From positions 1-24,000 of the forward strand of contig MAYW01000029.1 of the NCBI GenBank assembly GCA_001723765.1: 24,000 nt of DNA. The letters are read 5' to 3'. Made by a program: the position numbers and the translations under genes. Source of the DNA: Candidatus Scalindua rubra. GTDB taxonomy: Bacteria; Planctomycetota; Brocadiia; Brocadiales; Scalinduaceae. The notes under the pieces are model-generated. The model ran no database searches, was not told the DNA's origin, and saw nothing but the letters and a program-made list of their open reading frames with translations. Shown here piece by piece: positions 23,458 through 24,000 of this stretch; positions within the stretch are counted from its first letter, which is position 1, and every line of letters starts with the position of its first letter.

Positions 23458-24000
23458 ATGTTTCAATTAGAGAACATAATGGGAATTGTTGTAACCGACA
23501 AAGATGGAATTATAAAGTCGGTGAGCAGTCATAGTGACGATTTAATTCCCAGCTTAATTGGAGTTAAGTGGTACAATGCTCTTTCGATACCGGTAGAAGA
23601 ATCATATAAAGCCGAAGATAAATATCCAAAGGTTTTCAGGTTGATTGAAACTGGACAAAAAATCACCGTATATCCTTCCTATGGTGAAAGAGGAGATGTA
23701 TCTGGGCTTCATATTTTGGTGGAGAAAACAAGTTTTGGAGAAGTCCCAACACAGTTTTTGAATAAAATGTTATGTTTAGGGAAGATCGTCCCTGGAGTTG
23801 CTCATGAGATTAATAATCCCTTGACCTTTGTTTCAGGATGGTTACAGATGTTCCTTTTGGAAGCACATGATACTGACCCCAAAAAAAAGACCTACAAGGC
23901 GCTTATCAAAGAGTTTGAACGAATAGCCAGGTTAACTAATAATCTACTTGAATTTGCAAAACAAATTCCAAAATCAAAAAAAATCTTTGATGTAAAACAA
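23458..24000 (+). CDS. Sensor histidine kinase, 5' partial (runs off the window)
   Basis: The frame is open from ATG 23458 to the window end (181 codons). It has a PAS-like N-terminal part followed by the H-box GKIVPGVAHEINNPLTFVSGWLQM (HisKA). AAGGAG lies at 23439-23444. Confidence 0.75.
   Translation, partial: MFQLENIMGIVVTDKDGIIKSVSSHSDDLIPSLIGVKWYNALSIPVEESYKAEDKYPKVFRLIETGQKITVYPSYGERGDVSGLHILVEKTSFGEVPTQFLNKMLCLGKIVPGVAHEINNPLTFVSGWLQMFLLEAHDTDPKKKTYKALIKEFERIARLTNNLLEFAKQIPKSKKIFDVKQ

Overview
AT-rich bacterial chromosomal window (GC looks well under 40% by eye, with short GC-rich islands). The ISAzo13-type transposase fragment and the absence of ftsQ/ftsA/ftsZ after murB fit a PVC/Planctomycetes-like (possibly anammox-type) genome, but that assignment is tentative. 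The left half (1-9.6 kb) is a mix of housekeeping genes and mobile-element debris. It holds an ISAzo13-type transposase fragment and a complete IS630-family element with a TA target duplication that splits a small EF-Tu-domain-like gene. It also holds a methyltransferase, plsC, two small Cys-rich/zinc-ribbon proteins, a yqeY-like gene, and a decayed RAYT-type tyrosine transposase flanked by REP-like repeats. Class II ribonucleotide reductase nrdJ sits divergent from a small CxxC redoxin, with putative tandem NrdR boxes between them, followed by queA. The right half (9.7-23.1 kb) is a dcw (division/cell wall) cluster: mraZ-rsmH-ftsL-ftsI-murE-[insert]-murF'-mraY-ftsW-murG-murC-murB, followed by the 5' end of a histidine kinase. 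I found no convincing new multi-gene system such as a defence island, and no rRNA, tRNA or CRISPR by eye. The most unusual signal is the state of the dcw cluster. murF is reduced to an N-terminal plus C-terminal remnant. A 192-bp MITE-like element and a secreted transglutaminase-like Cys peptidase gene sit between murE and murF'. The ftsL, ftsI and mraY frames are each broken by a +1 shift, two of them at A9/T7 homopolymers. murC carries an in-frame insert of about 60 aa, and murD, ddl and ftsQAZ are absent from the cluster. A family of GC-rich modular hairpin repeats is scattered through intergenic and even coding sequence. Homopolymer miscalls in the assembly are a serious alternative for several of the frame breaks and must be excluded first.
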